Source: Lentisphaeria bacterium
Lineage (GTDB): Bacteria > Verrucomicrobiota > Lentisphaeria > Oligosphaerales > CAITYL01
Direction of reading: 5' to 3'
NCBI GenBank assembly: GCA_041648735.1
Contig: JBAZOO010000005.1
Coordinates: forward strand, 1,862-65,861
Length of the DNA: 64,000 nt
Position numbers and translations under genes: made by a program
Shown: in pieces, positions 34,244 to 45,423 of the stretch
How positions within the stretch are numbered: the stretch's first letter is position 1
How the letters are laid out: the number at the start of each line of letters is the position of its first letter
The notes under the pieces: model-generated
Told to the model about the DNA's origin: nothing
Seen by the model: the letters and a program-made list of their open reading frames with translations, nothing else
The model's database searches: none

Positions 34244-34936
34244 TCATTCGTGGCGCGGATCAATGGTCTTGGCGGCGTCGGCGAAGCGGCCGTAGGTGCC
34301 GGTGGCCTTCTTCAGCGCCTCGGCGGCGGCGGTGCCCTTCTTGATCAGGTCAAGCATGGCGCCCAGGCGGATGAACTCATAGCCGATGATCTCGCCGTCC
34401 GCGTCGAGGGCGAGCCGGGTGACGTAGCCTTCGGCCATCTCCAGGTAGCGCGGCCCCTTGGCCTGGGTGCCGTACATGGTGCCGACCTGGGAGCGGAGCC
34501 CCTTGCCGAGGTCTTCAAGGCCGGCGCCGATGGGCAGGCCGCCCTCGGAGAAGGCCGACTGGGTGCGGCCATAGGCGATCTGGAGGAACAGCTCGCGCAT
34601 GGCGGTGTTGATGGCGTCGCACACCAGGTCGGTGTTCAGCGCTTCCAGGAGGGTCTTGCCGGGGAGGATTTCCGCGGCCATGGCGGCGGAATGGGTCATG
34701 CCGGAGCAGCCGATGGTCTCGACCAGGCATTCCGCGATGACGCCGGCCTTGACGTTGAGGGTGAGCTTGCAGGCGCCCTGCTGCGGGGCGCACCAGCCGA
34801 CGCCGTGGGTCAGGCCGGAGATGTCCTTGATTTCCTTGGCCTGCACCCACTTGCCTTCCTCGGGGATGGGGGCCGGGCCGTGGTCGCAGCCCTTCTTGAC
34901 GCAGCACATCTGCTGGACTTCGTGCGAGTAGATCAT
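34244..34936 (-). CDS. NifU/IscU-like iron-sulfur cluster scaffold-like protein
   Basis: Start MIYSHEVQQ at 34936. Cys-rich VGWCAPQQGACKL...ETIGCSGMTHSAAMAAE...LEALN resembles the IscU N-terminal domain. Usual partner of GGGtGRT genes. Confidence 0.7.
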   Translation of the reverse strand: MIYSHEVQQMCCVKKGCDHGPAPIPEEGKWVQAKEIKDISGLTHGVGWCAPQQGACKLTLNVKAGVIAECLVETIGCSGMTHSAAMAAEILPGKTLLEALNTDLVCDAINTAMRELFLQIAYGRTQSAFSEGGLPIGAGLEDLGKGLRSQVGTMYGTQAKGPRYLEMAEGYVTRLALDADGEIIGYEFIRLGAMLDLIKKGTAAAEALKKATGTYGRFADAAKTIDPRHE

Positions 34937-35113
34937 GTCGTGTCGCGGTTCCTGTGTTGGGGACTCGGGGGGCGGTTTTGCCCGGGGCGGGAAGCTGGCT
35001 ACTATAAAAGTGGGGGCTGGAAACGCCACTTGGGGGGAGGGGGGCGCCATTCCTTTCCGTTCGGGCCGGCGGCGGGCTATACTACGGCATGGCCGCAATC
35101 CCGGAGGTGTACG

Positions 35114-35437
35114 ATGGCGGAGCGCTACCACCAAATGGTCGTGTATGTGCCGGCAACCCATGTCGAGGAAGTGAAGGCGGCGCTGTTCGGGGGCGGCGCG
35201 GGGCGGCTAGGGAACTACGAATGCTGCTGCTGGCAGACCGTTGGCACCGGCCAGTTCCGGCCGTTGGCGGGGAGCAGCCCGGCGATTGGGTGCCAAGGGA
35301 TTGTCGAGTCGGTGGCGGAGGTCAAGCTGGAGGTTATTTGCCCGGAAGCCGCCCTGCCGGCCGTGATCGCCGGCTTGCGCCAGGCCCATCCCTACGAAAC
35401 CCCGGCCTTCATGCATTGGCCGGTCTCCCTGGACTGA
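35114..35437 (+). CDS. Stand-alone YqfO/NIF3 insert-domain (PII-like fold) protein
   Basis: MVVYVPATHVEEVKAALFGGGAGRLGNYECCCWQTVGTGQFRPL...AHPYETPAF closely follows the insert domain of B. subtilis YqfO as I recall it. Confidence 0.7.
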   Translation: MAERYHQMVVYVPATHVEEVKAALFGGGAGRLGNYECCCWQTVGTGQFRPLAGSSPAIGCQGIVESVAEVKLEVICPEAALPAVIAGLRQAHPYETPAFMHWPVSLD

Positions 35438-35599
35438 CCGCCCGGCGGCGGCCACCGCGCCGCGCCGAAACTTTTTCGGGCGGTTATAGTCCTATCCAGT
35501 GTAGGCATGATGAACGGCGATCAGAGGCCCGTCGGGACACGCGGCCGGCGCATGGGGCGGTGGCCGCGGAAGGGCCGGAAGCGAACCGGAGGTGAGACT

Positions 35600-35947
35600 A
35601 TGCTGGACCTGCTGAAGAAAGGCATCTACATCGGCCTTGGCCTGGCGAGCATGACCAAGGAGAAGGCCGACGCGCTGGCCAAGGAGGTTACGGAAAAGGC
35701 CAAGCTGACCGAGGAGGAGGGGCGCAAGTTCGCCAGCGCGCTGGAGGAGGAGTCGAAGAAGGCGCAGGATCAGTTGCGCACGACCGTCGAGGCGCTGGTC
35801 GAGAAGGCGGTGAAGGTTTGCCCCGGCTGCAAGCTGGTCAAAGGGCTGGAGCGGCGGCTGGCCGCGCTCGAAGCCAAGTGCGGCGGCGCGCCCGCCGGCG
35901 AGGCGGAGCCGCCCTGCGACGAGCCCGGCTGTTCCTGCAATTCGTGA
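35600..35947 (+). CDS. Phasin-like / PHA-granule regulator-like coiled-coil protein with Cys-rich C-terminus
   Basis: MLDLLKKGIYIGLGLASMTKEKADALAKEV... (COG3937-like). C-terminus CPGCK...CDEPGCSC. GGAGGTGAG RBS. Confidence 0.5.
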   Translation: MLDLLKKGIYIGLGLASMTKEKADALAKEVTEKAKLTEEEGRKFASALEEESKKAQDQLRTTVEALVEKAVKVCPGCKLVKGLERRLAALEAKCGGAPAGEAEPPCDEPGCSCNS

Positions 35948-35971
35948 ACGGCGGCCCGGCCCGAGCGACTG

Positions 35972-37255
35972 ATGAGCGAGCCTTTTTCGCCCGGGGATGA
36001 AGCGCGGTTCTTCGCGTTGTTCACCCCTTATTTCGACCTGGAAAAGCAGACGGCGCAGGCCCACACCGCCCAGCATTATTCGCTGGAGCGGATGGCCGAA
36101 TTGGCCCGGCTGGCCGGGAACCCGGAGCGCGCCCTGCGGATCGTCCACGTGGCGGGGACGAAGGGGAAGGGCTCCACCTGCTTTTTCCTGGATGCGCTGC
36201 TGCGGGCGGCGGGGCGGAGCTGCGGCGTCTTCACCAGCCCGCATCTGCTGAGCGTGCGGGAACGCTTCCAGGCGCATGGCCGGCCGGTGGCGTACGGGCC
36301 GCTGCTGGCCGCCGCGGGGCGGCTGGTGGCGGCGATCCGCGCCGCCGGCCTGACGCCGACCCTGTTCGAGATCATGACCGTGCTGGCGCTGCAACTGGTG
36401 CGGGAGGCCCGTTGCGAGTGGTGCGTCTTCGAGGCCGGCATTGGCGGCTTGCTGGATTCGACCAACTATGTGCCGCGGCCGGAATGCTGCGTGATCACGG
36501 CCATCAGCTTCGACCACACCCAGCTTTTGGGGGACACGATCGCGGCGATCGCGGCGCAGAAGGCCGGCATCCTCAAGCCAGGGGTTCCCGCCGTGCTTGG
36601 GCGCCAACCCTATCCGGAGGCGGAGACGGTGGTCGCGGAAGCGGCGCGCCGCCTGGGCTGCGGACTCCGCACGGCCGACCAGGAACGCCCCTTGGACGCC
36701 TGGCCGGCGGTGCTGGCCCTGCCGGATTTCCTCCAGGAGAATTTCCGCACGGCGCTGGCCGTGCTCGACGTGCTGGGGATCCGGGCCGAGCCGGCCCGGT
36801 TCGAGCTGCCGCCGCTGCCGGGGCGGTTCCAACTGCTGCGCCGCACGCCGCCGGTGGTGATTGACGCCGCGCACAATGCGGACTCCGCACGGCGGTTGGC
36901 CGCGGCGCTGGCGGCGGCCTTCCCCGGCGTCCGTTTCACGGTTGTGCTCGGGGTCGTCCAGGGCAAGGATGTGGCGGGGATTTTCCGGGAATTGCAACCG
37001 GTGGCCGCGGAGTTCGTGCTGACGCATCCGCGCAATCCCGGCAAGGGTTCCGAGCTGCCGGCGCTGCAACGGTTGGCGGCGGCCGCCGGGAGCCCGCACC
37101 GGACGCTGCCGGAACTGGTTCGGGCGGAGCAGCTACCCGGCGGGGCGGCGCTGCTCTTCACCGGCTCCTTCTTCACCGCGCTCATCGGCGCCGAGCTGTT
37201 CGGGGCGGCGGCCCCGGCGACAGCGATGGTGGCAAAAGTCCGGCCGGCGGGTTAG
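35972..37255 (+). CDS. folC: Folylpolyglutamate synthase / dihydrofolate synthase
   Basis: VHVAGTKGKGSTC P-loop, FTSPHLLSVRERF, ITAISFDHTQLLG, DAAHNADSA. Confidence 0.9.
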   Translation: MSEPFSPGDEARFFALFTPYFDLEKQTAQAHTAQHYSLERMAELARLAGNPERALRIVHVAGTKGKGSTCFFLDALLRAAGRSCGVFTSPHLLSVRERFQAHGRPVAYGPLLAAAGRLVAAIRAAGLTPTLFEIMTVLALQLVREARCEWCVFEAGIGGLLDSTNYVPRPECCVITAISFDHTQLLGDTIAAIAAQKAGILKPGVPAVLGRQPYPEAETVVAEAARRLGCGLRTADQERPLDAWPAVLALPDFLQENFRTALAVLDVLGIRAEPARFELPPLPGRFQLLRRTPPVVIDAAHNADSARRLAAALAAAFPGVRFTVVLGVVQGKDVAGIFRELQPVAAEFVLTHPRNPGKGSELPALQRLAAAAGSPHRTLPELVRAEQLPGGAALLFTGSFFTALIGAELFGAAAPATAMVAKVRPAG

Positions 37256-37335
37256 AATGTGGGTGCAGCGGCTGGCGGCGGGTTGCCTGCCGGCGGCGTT
37301 GGCGGCAGGCGAAGAATGACGCAAGGAGGTGGCAA

Positions 37336-37758
37336 ATGGTTGCGAAGCGCAGGATTGGGAATGGCCACTGGCTGGCATTGGTGATGGCCTTGGCAGGCGG
37401 GCTGCTGGCGGCGCCGGGGTGCGTGCTCTTCGTGGCGGGGGCCGCCGCCGGCGCGGGCGCCGCCGGGGTGGCTTACGTCAAGGGGGAGATGCGGGGCCGG
37501 ATGGAGGCCGAGCCGCGGGGGGTCGAGAAGGCCGCCGTGAAGGCGTTCGAAGTCCTGGAGATCCGCAAGATTTCGGCGGGCGCCTCCGCCCTGGATGCGG
37601 AGGTGGTTGGGCGGACGGCGACCGACAAGAAGGTCACAGTCACGGCCAAGGCGGCGGGGAAGGCGGAGAGCGACGTGGCGATCCGGGTTGGCGTCTTTGG
37701 GGATGAAGCGCTGAGCCGCCGGATTTACGATGAGATCAAGGCGCAGCTTCACCACTAA
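37336..37758 (+). CDS. Lipoprotein, DUF3568-like
   Basis: Lipobox LLAAPGC. GAAGVAYVKGE...FEVLEI...VTVTAKA...IAIRVG pattern. Confidence 0.5.
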   Translation: MVAKRRIGNGHWLALVMALAGGLLAAPGCVLFVAGAAAGAGAAGVAYVKGEMRGRMEAEPRGVEKAAVKAFEVLEIRKISAGASALDAEVVGRTATDKKVTVTAKAAGKAESDVAIRVGVFGDEALSRRIYDEIKAQLHH

Positions 37759-38000
37759 GTCACGAAGGGCACGCAGTCCGAACGACGGTGATCTTCCCCT
37801 GCCATGGATCGCCCGGATGAGGGGCGTCCCTCTCCAGCGCTTTGTTGGCTTCTGCCTTCCTCGTCCTCGTTCTCGTAACCGCTGTCCGTGTCTGTCGGGT
37901 GCCGGGCCAACAAGGTCGGCGCCGGCCCGGCCGGGGGGGTGGCAACGGGATTTTTGCCCATGCCGAAACACCGGCAGGAATGGCTGGGCCACGCTCTGGG

Positions 38001-39101
38001 TCAGCGTTGGACGCGGGCGGAGCCGCCCTTGGCGAGGGCTTCGACTTCCTTGAGGGTGGCCATGGTGGTGTCGCCGGGGGTGGTCATGGCCAGGGCGCCG
38101 TGGGCGGCGCCGTATTCGACGGCCTGCTGGGGGCCGAGGCCGGCGAGGAAGCCGTAGATGAGGCCGGAGGCGAAGGAGTCGCCGCCGCCGACGCGGTCGA
38201 AGATTTCGAGGCCCGGGCGGCGGGTCGCCTCATGGAACTGGCCGTCGTGGTAGAGGATGGCGCCCCAGTCGTTGCTGGTGGCGCTGCGGACTTCGCGCAG
38301 GGTGGTGGCGACGGCCTTGAAGTTGGGGTAGGCGGCGACGGCCTGGCGGATCATCTGCTGGAAGTTGGCGGGGTCGAGGCCGGTGCAATGTTCGCCGAGG
38401 CCTTCGACCTGGAATCCGAGGGCGGCGGTGAAGTCCTCCTCGTTGCCGATCATGACATCCACCAGCTTGGCGATGCGGCGGTTGACCGCCATGGCGCGCG
38501 GGGTGCCGCCGATGGCCTTCCAGAGACTGGGGCGGTAGTTGAGGTCGTAGCTGACGATGGTGCCGTTGGCCTTGGCGCATTCCATGGCCTCGATGGCGAC
38601 GTCGGGGGTGTGTTCGCCGAGGGCGGCGAAGATGCCGCCGCAGTGGAACCAGCGGGCGCCTTCGTCCTTGAAGATCCGGTTCCAGGCGATGTCTCCCGGC
38701 TTGAGCTGGCTGACGGCGGTGTGGCCGCGGTCGGAGCAGCCGACGGCGCCGCGGACGCCGAAGCCGCGTTCGGTGAAGTTGAGGCCGACGCGGACGTTGC
38801 GGCCGATGCCGTCGTAGGGCACCCATTTGACGTGGGACATGTCCACGCCGCCTTGGAGGATGAGGTCCTCCAGGAGGCGGCCGACGGGGTTGTCGGCGAT
38901 GGCGGTGACGACGGCGGTGCGGAGGCCGAAGCAGCGGCGGAGGCCGCGGGCGACGTTGTATTCGCCGCCGCCTTCCCAGGCCTGGAAGGTGCGGGCGGTG
39001 TGGATGCGGCCGTCGCCGGGGTCGAGGCGGAGCATGACTTCGCCGAGGGAGACTTGGTCCCAGCGGCAATCAGCGGCGGGCCTGAGGGGGAGCTGGTGCA
39101 T
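38001..39101 (-). CDS. kdgK: PfkB-family sugar kinase, 2-dehydro-3-deoxygluconokinase-like
   Basis: Start MHQLPL at 39101. FQAWEGGGEYNVARGL. C-terminal DRVGGGDSFASGLIYG. Confidence 0.8.
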   Translation of the reverse strand: MHQLPLRPAADCRWDQVSLGEVMLRLDPGDGRIHTARTFQAWEGGGEYNVARGLRRCFGLRTAVVTAIADNPVGRLLEDLILQGGVDMSHVKWVPYDGIGRNVRVGLNFTERGFGVRGAVGCSDRGHTAVSQLKPGDIAWNRIFKDEGARWFHCGGIFAALGEHTPDVAIEAMECAKANGTIVSYDLNYRPSLWKAIGGTPRAMAVNRRIAKLVDVMIGNEEDFTAALGFQVEGLGEHCTGLDPANFQQMIRQAVAAYPNFKAVATTLREVRSATSNDWGAILYHDGQFHEATRRPGLEIFDRVGGGDSFASGLIYGFLAGLGPQQAVEYGAAHGALAMTTPGDTTMATLKEVEALAKGGSARVQR

Positions 39102-39214
39102 CGTGGGGGTGTCCTGGGTGGTGTCGTGGGGGTGCGGAAGGCCGCTGGCGCGCCGGCTTGGCCGCGGTGGTGGCGGGCGGGCGGCGACAGCGGCTGGTGG
39201 GGGGCGGGCGCGGC

Positions 39215-40723
39215 TCAGAGGGTCACGCCGTCCTTGAAGATGGCGATTTCGCGGAAGCCGTTCTCTTCGTTGCGGGTGCGGCGGCCGGAGGCGACGTCGA
39301 GGACATAGGCGAAGAAGCGGTTGGCCATGTCGGGCATGGTCTCGCTGTCGAGCAGCGGTCCGGCGTCGAAGTCGATCCAGCCCAGTTTGCGCTGGGCGAG
39401 TTCGCTGGTGGTGGAGACCTTGATGGTCGGGGCGGGGCTGCCGAGGGGGGTGCCGCGGCCGGTGGTGAAGAGGATCAGGTGGACGCCGGCGGCGGCGAGG
39501 GCGGTGACGGCGACGATGTCGTTGCCGGGGCCGTTGAGCAGGTTCAGCCCCGGGGTGACGATCTGGCCGCCGTATTCGACCACGTCGGTGACGGCGCTGG
39601 TGCCGCCTTTCTGGATGCAGCCCAGCGACTTCTCCTCGAGGGTGGAGATGCCGCCCGCCTTGTTGCCGGGGGAGGGGTTTTCGTAGACGGCCTGCTGGTG
39701 GCGGAGGAAATACGCCTTGAAGCCGTTGATCATCGCGACGCATTTCTCGAAGATCCCGCGGTGGGTGGCCCGTTCCATGAGCAGGTGTTCGGCGCCGAAC
39801 ATCTCGGGCACTTCGGTGAGCACGGTGGCGCCGCCTTGGGCGACCAGCAGGTCGCTGAAGGCGCCCAGGAGGGGGTTGCCGGTGAGCCCGGAGAAGGCGT
39901 CGGAGGCGCCGCACTTGAGGCCGATGCGCAGTTCGGAGACGGGGACGGGTTCGCGGGTGCAGGCGCTGGCATGGTCGAGGAGTTCGCTGACGTAGTGGTT
40001 GGCGGTGGTGAACTCGTCGCCCACTTCCTGCATGGTCATGAAGCGGTAGCGGTGGGGGTCGAGGTCGCCCAGCACCTGGCGGAAGGAGTCGAGGGTGTTG
40101 TTTTCGCAGCCGAGGCTGATGAGGAGGACGCCGCCGGCGTTGGGATGCTTGGCGAGGCCGGCGAGGATGCGCTGGGTGTTGAGGTGGTCGTCGCCGAGCT
40201 GGGAGCAGCCATAGGGATGGGGGAAGCTGAAGATGCCGTCCACGGCGGGGCGCGGCTCGGCCTTGAGCAACTGCTTCCAGTGCATGGCGACCTTTTCCGC
40301 CAGGCCGTTGGCGCAGCCCACCAGCGGGATCAGCCAGATTTCGTTGCGCACCCCGACGCTGCCGTCGCTGCGCCGGAAGCCGTTGAAGGATTGTGGCTTG
40401 AGCTTGGTGCCGGCTGCCGGGCCCGGGATCAGCTTGGGGCGGTATTCGTATTCCAGCGGCCCGCTGAGCAGGGTGCGGACATTGTGGACATGCACCCAGT
40501 CGCCGGCGGCGACGGGGCGGGTGGCCTGGCCAATGGGATGGCCGTATTTGATGATCTGGCCGCCTTCGGGGATGTCCGCGAGGGCGAACTTGTGGCCGGG
40601 GGCGATCGCTTCCCGGAGCTGGACGGCATGCCCCCCGACCTCCAGCTTGGTTCCAGCGGCCAGCGGCTTGACGGCGACGACGACGTTGTCGCTGGGCTGG
40701 ATGTGCATGGTAAGGATTTGCAT
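39215..40723 (-). CDS. uxaA: Altronate dehydratase (UxaA family hydro-lyase)
   Basis: N-terminal SAF domain (DNVVVAVKPLAAG...GHKFALADI). Core NGFRRSDGSVGVRNEIWLIP...PHPYGCSQLG...GCENN. Confidence 0.85.
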   Translation of the reverse strand: MQILTMHIQPSDNVVVAVKPLAAGTKLEVGGHAVQLREAIAPGHKFALADIPEGGQIIKYGHPIGQATRPVAAGDWVHVHNVRTLLSGPLEYEYRPKLIPGPAAGTKLKPQSFNGFRRSDGSVGVRNEIWLIPLVGCANGLAEKVAMHWKQLLKAEPRPAVDGIFSFPHPYGCSQLGDDHLNTQRILAGLAKHPNAGGVLLISLGCENNTLDSFRQVLGDLDPHRYRFMTMQEVGDEFTTANHYVSELLDHASACTREPVPVSELRIGLKCGASDAFSGLTGNPLLGAFSDLLVAQGGATVLTEVPEMFGAEHLLMERATHRGIFEKCVAMINGFKAYFLRHQQAVYENPSPGNKAGGISTLEEKSLGCIQKGGTSAVTDVVEYGGQIVTPGLNLLNGPGNDIVAVTALAAAGVHLILFTTGRGTPLGSPAPTIKVSTTSELAQRKLGWIDFDAGPLLDSETMPDMANRFFAYVLDVASGRRTRNEENGFREIAIFKDGVTL

Positions 40724-40756
40724 GGGGATCGCCTCCTTCGGTGCTCCGGGAGCGGT

Positions 40757-42280
40757 TCAGAGTTCCAGCAGTCGTCGGCTCGCCCTACCCATACCATACT
40801 CCAAAAATTCGCAAAGATGAGACGCCACGGCGGCGGTGAGGCCGGGAAGGGCGTTGAGGTCCTGCCCCCAGAAGGGAATGTGGCCAAGGACGGCCTTGGC
40901 CAGGGCGGTGGCGTCGCCGGTGGCGGCCTGGGCGCGCCAGGCGGTGGTGAAGAAGTCGAGCACGGGCTGGTCGTCGCGGATCGGGTAGGGTTTGCCGTTG
41001 CGGAGGCCGCGGAGTTCGCGCTCGCCGGCGGGTTCGCCGCGGTAGAAGGCGATCAGCGCCGCGAGGGAGAAGGCCAGGCGCGGCGGCAGCCGTTGCCGCG
41101 CCGTCAGGAAGTCGGCCAGGGAGGGGAGGACGCGCACCTTCCATTTGGCGACGGAGTTGAGGCTGATGGCGAGCAGTTCGTGGCGGATGAAGGGGTTGCG
41201 GAAGCGTTCGAGGACGGCTTCGGCGTAGGCGGCCTTGTCGGCGGCGGCCATTTGCAGCCCCGGCAGGATTTCCGCGAACACGGAGTCGCGGACGAGTTTT
41301 CCGAAGAGCGGGTCGGCCATCATCTCGCCGACGGTGTCGAGGCCGGCGAGGAAGGCGGCGAGGACGTTGGCGGTGTGGGCGCCGTTGAGGACGCGGACCT
41401 TGCGGGTGCGGTAGGGGGTCAGGTCGTCCGTCCAGACCACGTTGAGCCCGGCTTGGTGGAAGGGGAGTTCGGCGGCCAGGCTGGCCGGGCCTTCGATGAC
41501 CCAGAGGTGGAAGATTTCGCCGGTGTCGAGGAGGGCGTCCTCATAGCCGAGGGCTGCCGTGATGGCGGCGGCTTCGGTTTTGGGGTAGCCGGGGACGATG
41601 CGGTCGACCAGGGTGTTGCAGAAGAGGCAGTGGCGTTCCACCCAGGCGCGGAGGTCGGTGGCGGCCCCCCAGGCCTGGAGCTGGCGGCGGACGGCCTCGC
41701 GCAGGGTGGCGCCATTTTTCTCGATCAGTTCGCAGGGGAGGACGACCAGCCCTTTTTCCGGGGCGCCGGCAAAGGCCTGGAAGCGTTCGCGCAGCAGGGC
41801 GGCGAGCTTGGCGGGGAAGCTTTCGGGGCAGGCGTCCCGGGGGGCGGGTTCCGCCTGGTAGGCGATGCCGGCCTCGGTGGTGTTGGAGAAGACGAAGCGC
41901 AGGTCGGGGTTGCGTGCCGCGGCGAGGAAGCCAGCCCAGTCCTCGTAAGGGTTGAGGCCGCCGCGGATGCTGGTGACGAGCCGCCGGCTTTCCACGGTCT
42001 GGCCGTCCTGGATTCCGCGCAGCAGCAGGGTGTAGAGGCCGTCCTGGCCGTTGAGGAGGGGGACGAGCCCCTGGCGGATCGGCTGCACCACCTGGATGGC
42101 GCCGGTGAAGAGGCCGCGGCCGTTGAGGATGTCCACCATCCAGTCCACGAAGGCGCGGAGGAAATTGCCTTCGCCGAACTGGAGGATCCGGACAGGCGGG
42201 GGTGGTTCCAGGGGGGCGCATTCGAGGGTGGCGGGGAGGGGCGGGTGGGTGGCGAGGAAGTTGCGGGTGAGGCGGGGCAT
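40757..42280 (-). CDS. uxaB: Tagaturonate (altronate) reductase
   Basis: Start MPRLTRNF at 42280. ILQFGEGNFLRAFVDWMVD, LNGAHTANVLAAFLAGLDTV (mannitol dehydrogenase family). Confidence 0.8.
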   Translation of the reverse strand: MPRLTRNFLATHPPLPATLECAPLEPPPPVRILQFGEGNFLRAFVDWMVDILNGRGLFTGAIQVVQPIRQGLVPLLNGQDGLYTLLLRGIQDGQTVESRRLVTSIRGGLNPYEDWAGFLAAARNPDLRFVFSNTTEAGIAYQAEPAPRDACPESFPAKLAALLRERFQAFAGAPEKGLVVLPCELIEKNGATLREAVRRQLQAWGAATDLRAWVERHCLFCNTLVDRIVPGYPKTEAAAITAALGYEDALLDTGEIFHLWVIEGPASLAAELPFHQAGLNVVWTDDLTPYRTRKVRVLNGAHTANVLAAFLAGLDTVGEMMADPLFGKLVRDSVFAEILPGLQMAAADKAAYAEAVLERFRNPFIRHELLAISLNSVAKWKVRVLPSLADFLTARQRLPPRLAFSLAALIAFYRGEPAGERELRGLRNGKPYPIRDDQPVLDFFTTAWRAQAATGDATALAKAVLGHIPFWGQDLNALPGLTAAVASHLCEFLEYGMGRASRRLLEL

Positions 42281-42460
42281 GGTTGTGGGTTCCGGGGTTG
42301 CCGCGGTGGTGGTGGCGGCCTTGGCTGCAACGTTGCAGTCAAATGTAGCGCCGGCCCCCGCCCTTGCAACCGGCCAAGCCATCTCCGTCCGCACCGGCAA
42401 AAATGTCTGTGCCACGGTTCAGGCGGGCCGCCCGTCGCCACCGGCAACGCCCGTCGCCAG

Positions 42461-44029
<1,569 letters not shown>

Positions 44030-44122
44030 CGGCGGTTTTGGGGTCGGCGGACCGGAAGGGGGACTCAGGGGGCGGAGACGGCACTGGCCGCGCCGCCGGC
44101 GGGCGGCGGCGCGGGGCGGTGG

Positions 44123-45349
44123 TCAGTAGAGGTAGAGCGGGTGGGAGTCGGGGTTCTTGCCGAAGAGGGTGACGTCGTCGACCTTCTGGATCTTCGGGCC
44201 GCGCAGCAGGGCGTAGAGGCAGCGTTCGAGGCCGAGGCCGCCGCCGAAGGTGGAGGGGAAGAGGGGCTTGCCCGCCGCGTCGAGCATGGCGACGGCGGTG
44301 AGGAACGGCCCGTACCCGTCCAGCTCTTCGAGGTTGAGGATTTCGCCGTCCTTCATTTCCGGGCGGATCTTGAGGATGCGGTTGTCGAGCAGGCGTTCGA
44401 CGATCGGCTCGTAGAGCCATTCGCGGATGGCGCCGGAGAGGACTTCCCAGGCGGGCCCGCTGCTGCCGTCCAGCAGCTTGCTCTTGGCGCAGAGGTCGTA
44501 GTTGTAGATTTCGGCGGAGGCGAAGTCGGCGATGGGGCGCTTCGAGCCGTCCTCGTTGAGGTAGGGGTAGATGAGGTCGTAGTTTTCCCGCATCAGGCCG
44601 ACGATCCAGAAGAACTGGCCGGCGACGGTTTCGCCGATGGGCTTCTCGAAGGCGTGGGTGCCGGTCTTCTTGATGGCCTCGTCCCGGCGGATGCGCGGGA
44701 AGGGGGAGGTGGGGACTTCGAGGGTGACGCCGAGGGCCTTGAGGCTGTCGCCGTTTTTCGCCACCACGGCCTGGCAGCCGGCGATGATCATCCCCTCGAA
44801 GAAGGCCAGCGCCTTGTCCAGGTCGGCCTGGAGCAGTTCCGTGACCATCGGCTTCTGGTGGTAGTATTCCTCGAGGTTGACGAAGCGGTCGCGGCGCAGC
44901 TCGACGTCGAGCTGGGAGAAGTCGATCAGGTACTTGCTGCGCTGCCGGCCGTCGGGGCTTTCCAGTTCCAGGCGGATGTTGGGGGAGTCCACGAAGATCC
45001 CCTTGAGCCGTGGGTTGAAGCAGGCGAGGAACTTGGAATAGATCATCGAGTGGGTGGTCTTGTAGGGGTGCCCCTTGTAGCCGATGGTCGGCACATGCTC
45101 GATGTCATGGGCCAGCGGGTCGGTGACCGGGCTGAGCGAGACGCGTTCGAGGTTGAGCAGCCCCTGGTCGATGAGGTATTGGAGCATGGCGCTGACAAAG
45201 CTGGTGCGGATCGCCATCACCTGGTAGATGGTCTCGCCGCACCACTTGTTGACGTAGTGCTCGCGGGCAAAGCCGGAGAAGGAGGAGCCGTCCTCGGTCA
45301 GGGCGGCCTGGAAGTTGGCCAGGCTTTCGCCGATGCTGTCAATGGACAT
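44123..45349 (-). CDS. Class II aminoacyl-tRNA-synthetase-like ligase (AsnA / aspartate-ammonia ligase-like paralogue)
   Basis: Start MSIDSIGES at 45349. The motif-3-like segment is FGGGLGLERCLYALL. No anticodon-binding domain is apparent. Confidence 0.6.
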   Translation of the reverse strand: MSIDSIGESLANFQAALTEDGSSFSGFAREHYVNKWCGETIYQVMAIRTSFVSAMLQYLIDQGLLNLERVSLSPVTDPLAHDIEHVPTIGYKGHPYKTTHSMIYSKFLACFNPRLKGIFVDSPNIRLELESPDGRQRSKYLIDFSQLDVELRRDRFVNLEEYYHQKPMVTELLQADLDKALAFFEGMIIAGCQAVVAKNGDSLKALGVTLEVPTSPFPRIRRDEAIKKTGTHAFEKPIGETVAGQFFWIVGLMRENYDLIYPYLNEDGSKRPIADFASAEIYNYDLCAKSKLLDGSSGPAWEVLSGAIREWLYEPIVERLLDNRILKIRPEMKDGEILNLEELDGYGPFLTAVAMLDAAGKPLFPSTFGGGLGLERCLYALLRGPKIQKVDDVTLFGKNPDSHPLYLY

Positions 45350-45423
45350 GGCAGGAGTCCTTTCAGTTGGGAAGGGTGGCCCGGGGCGGTTGCCCGCCCC
45401 CGGGGGGGAGTCGGGGAAGCTGG

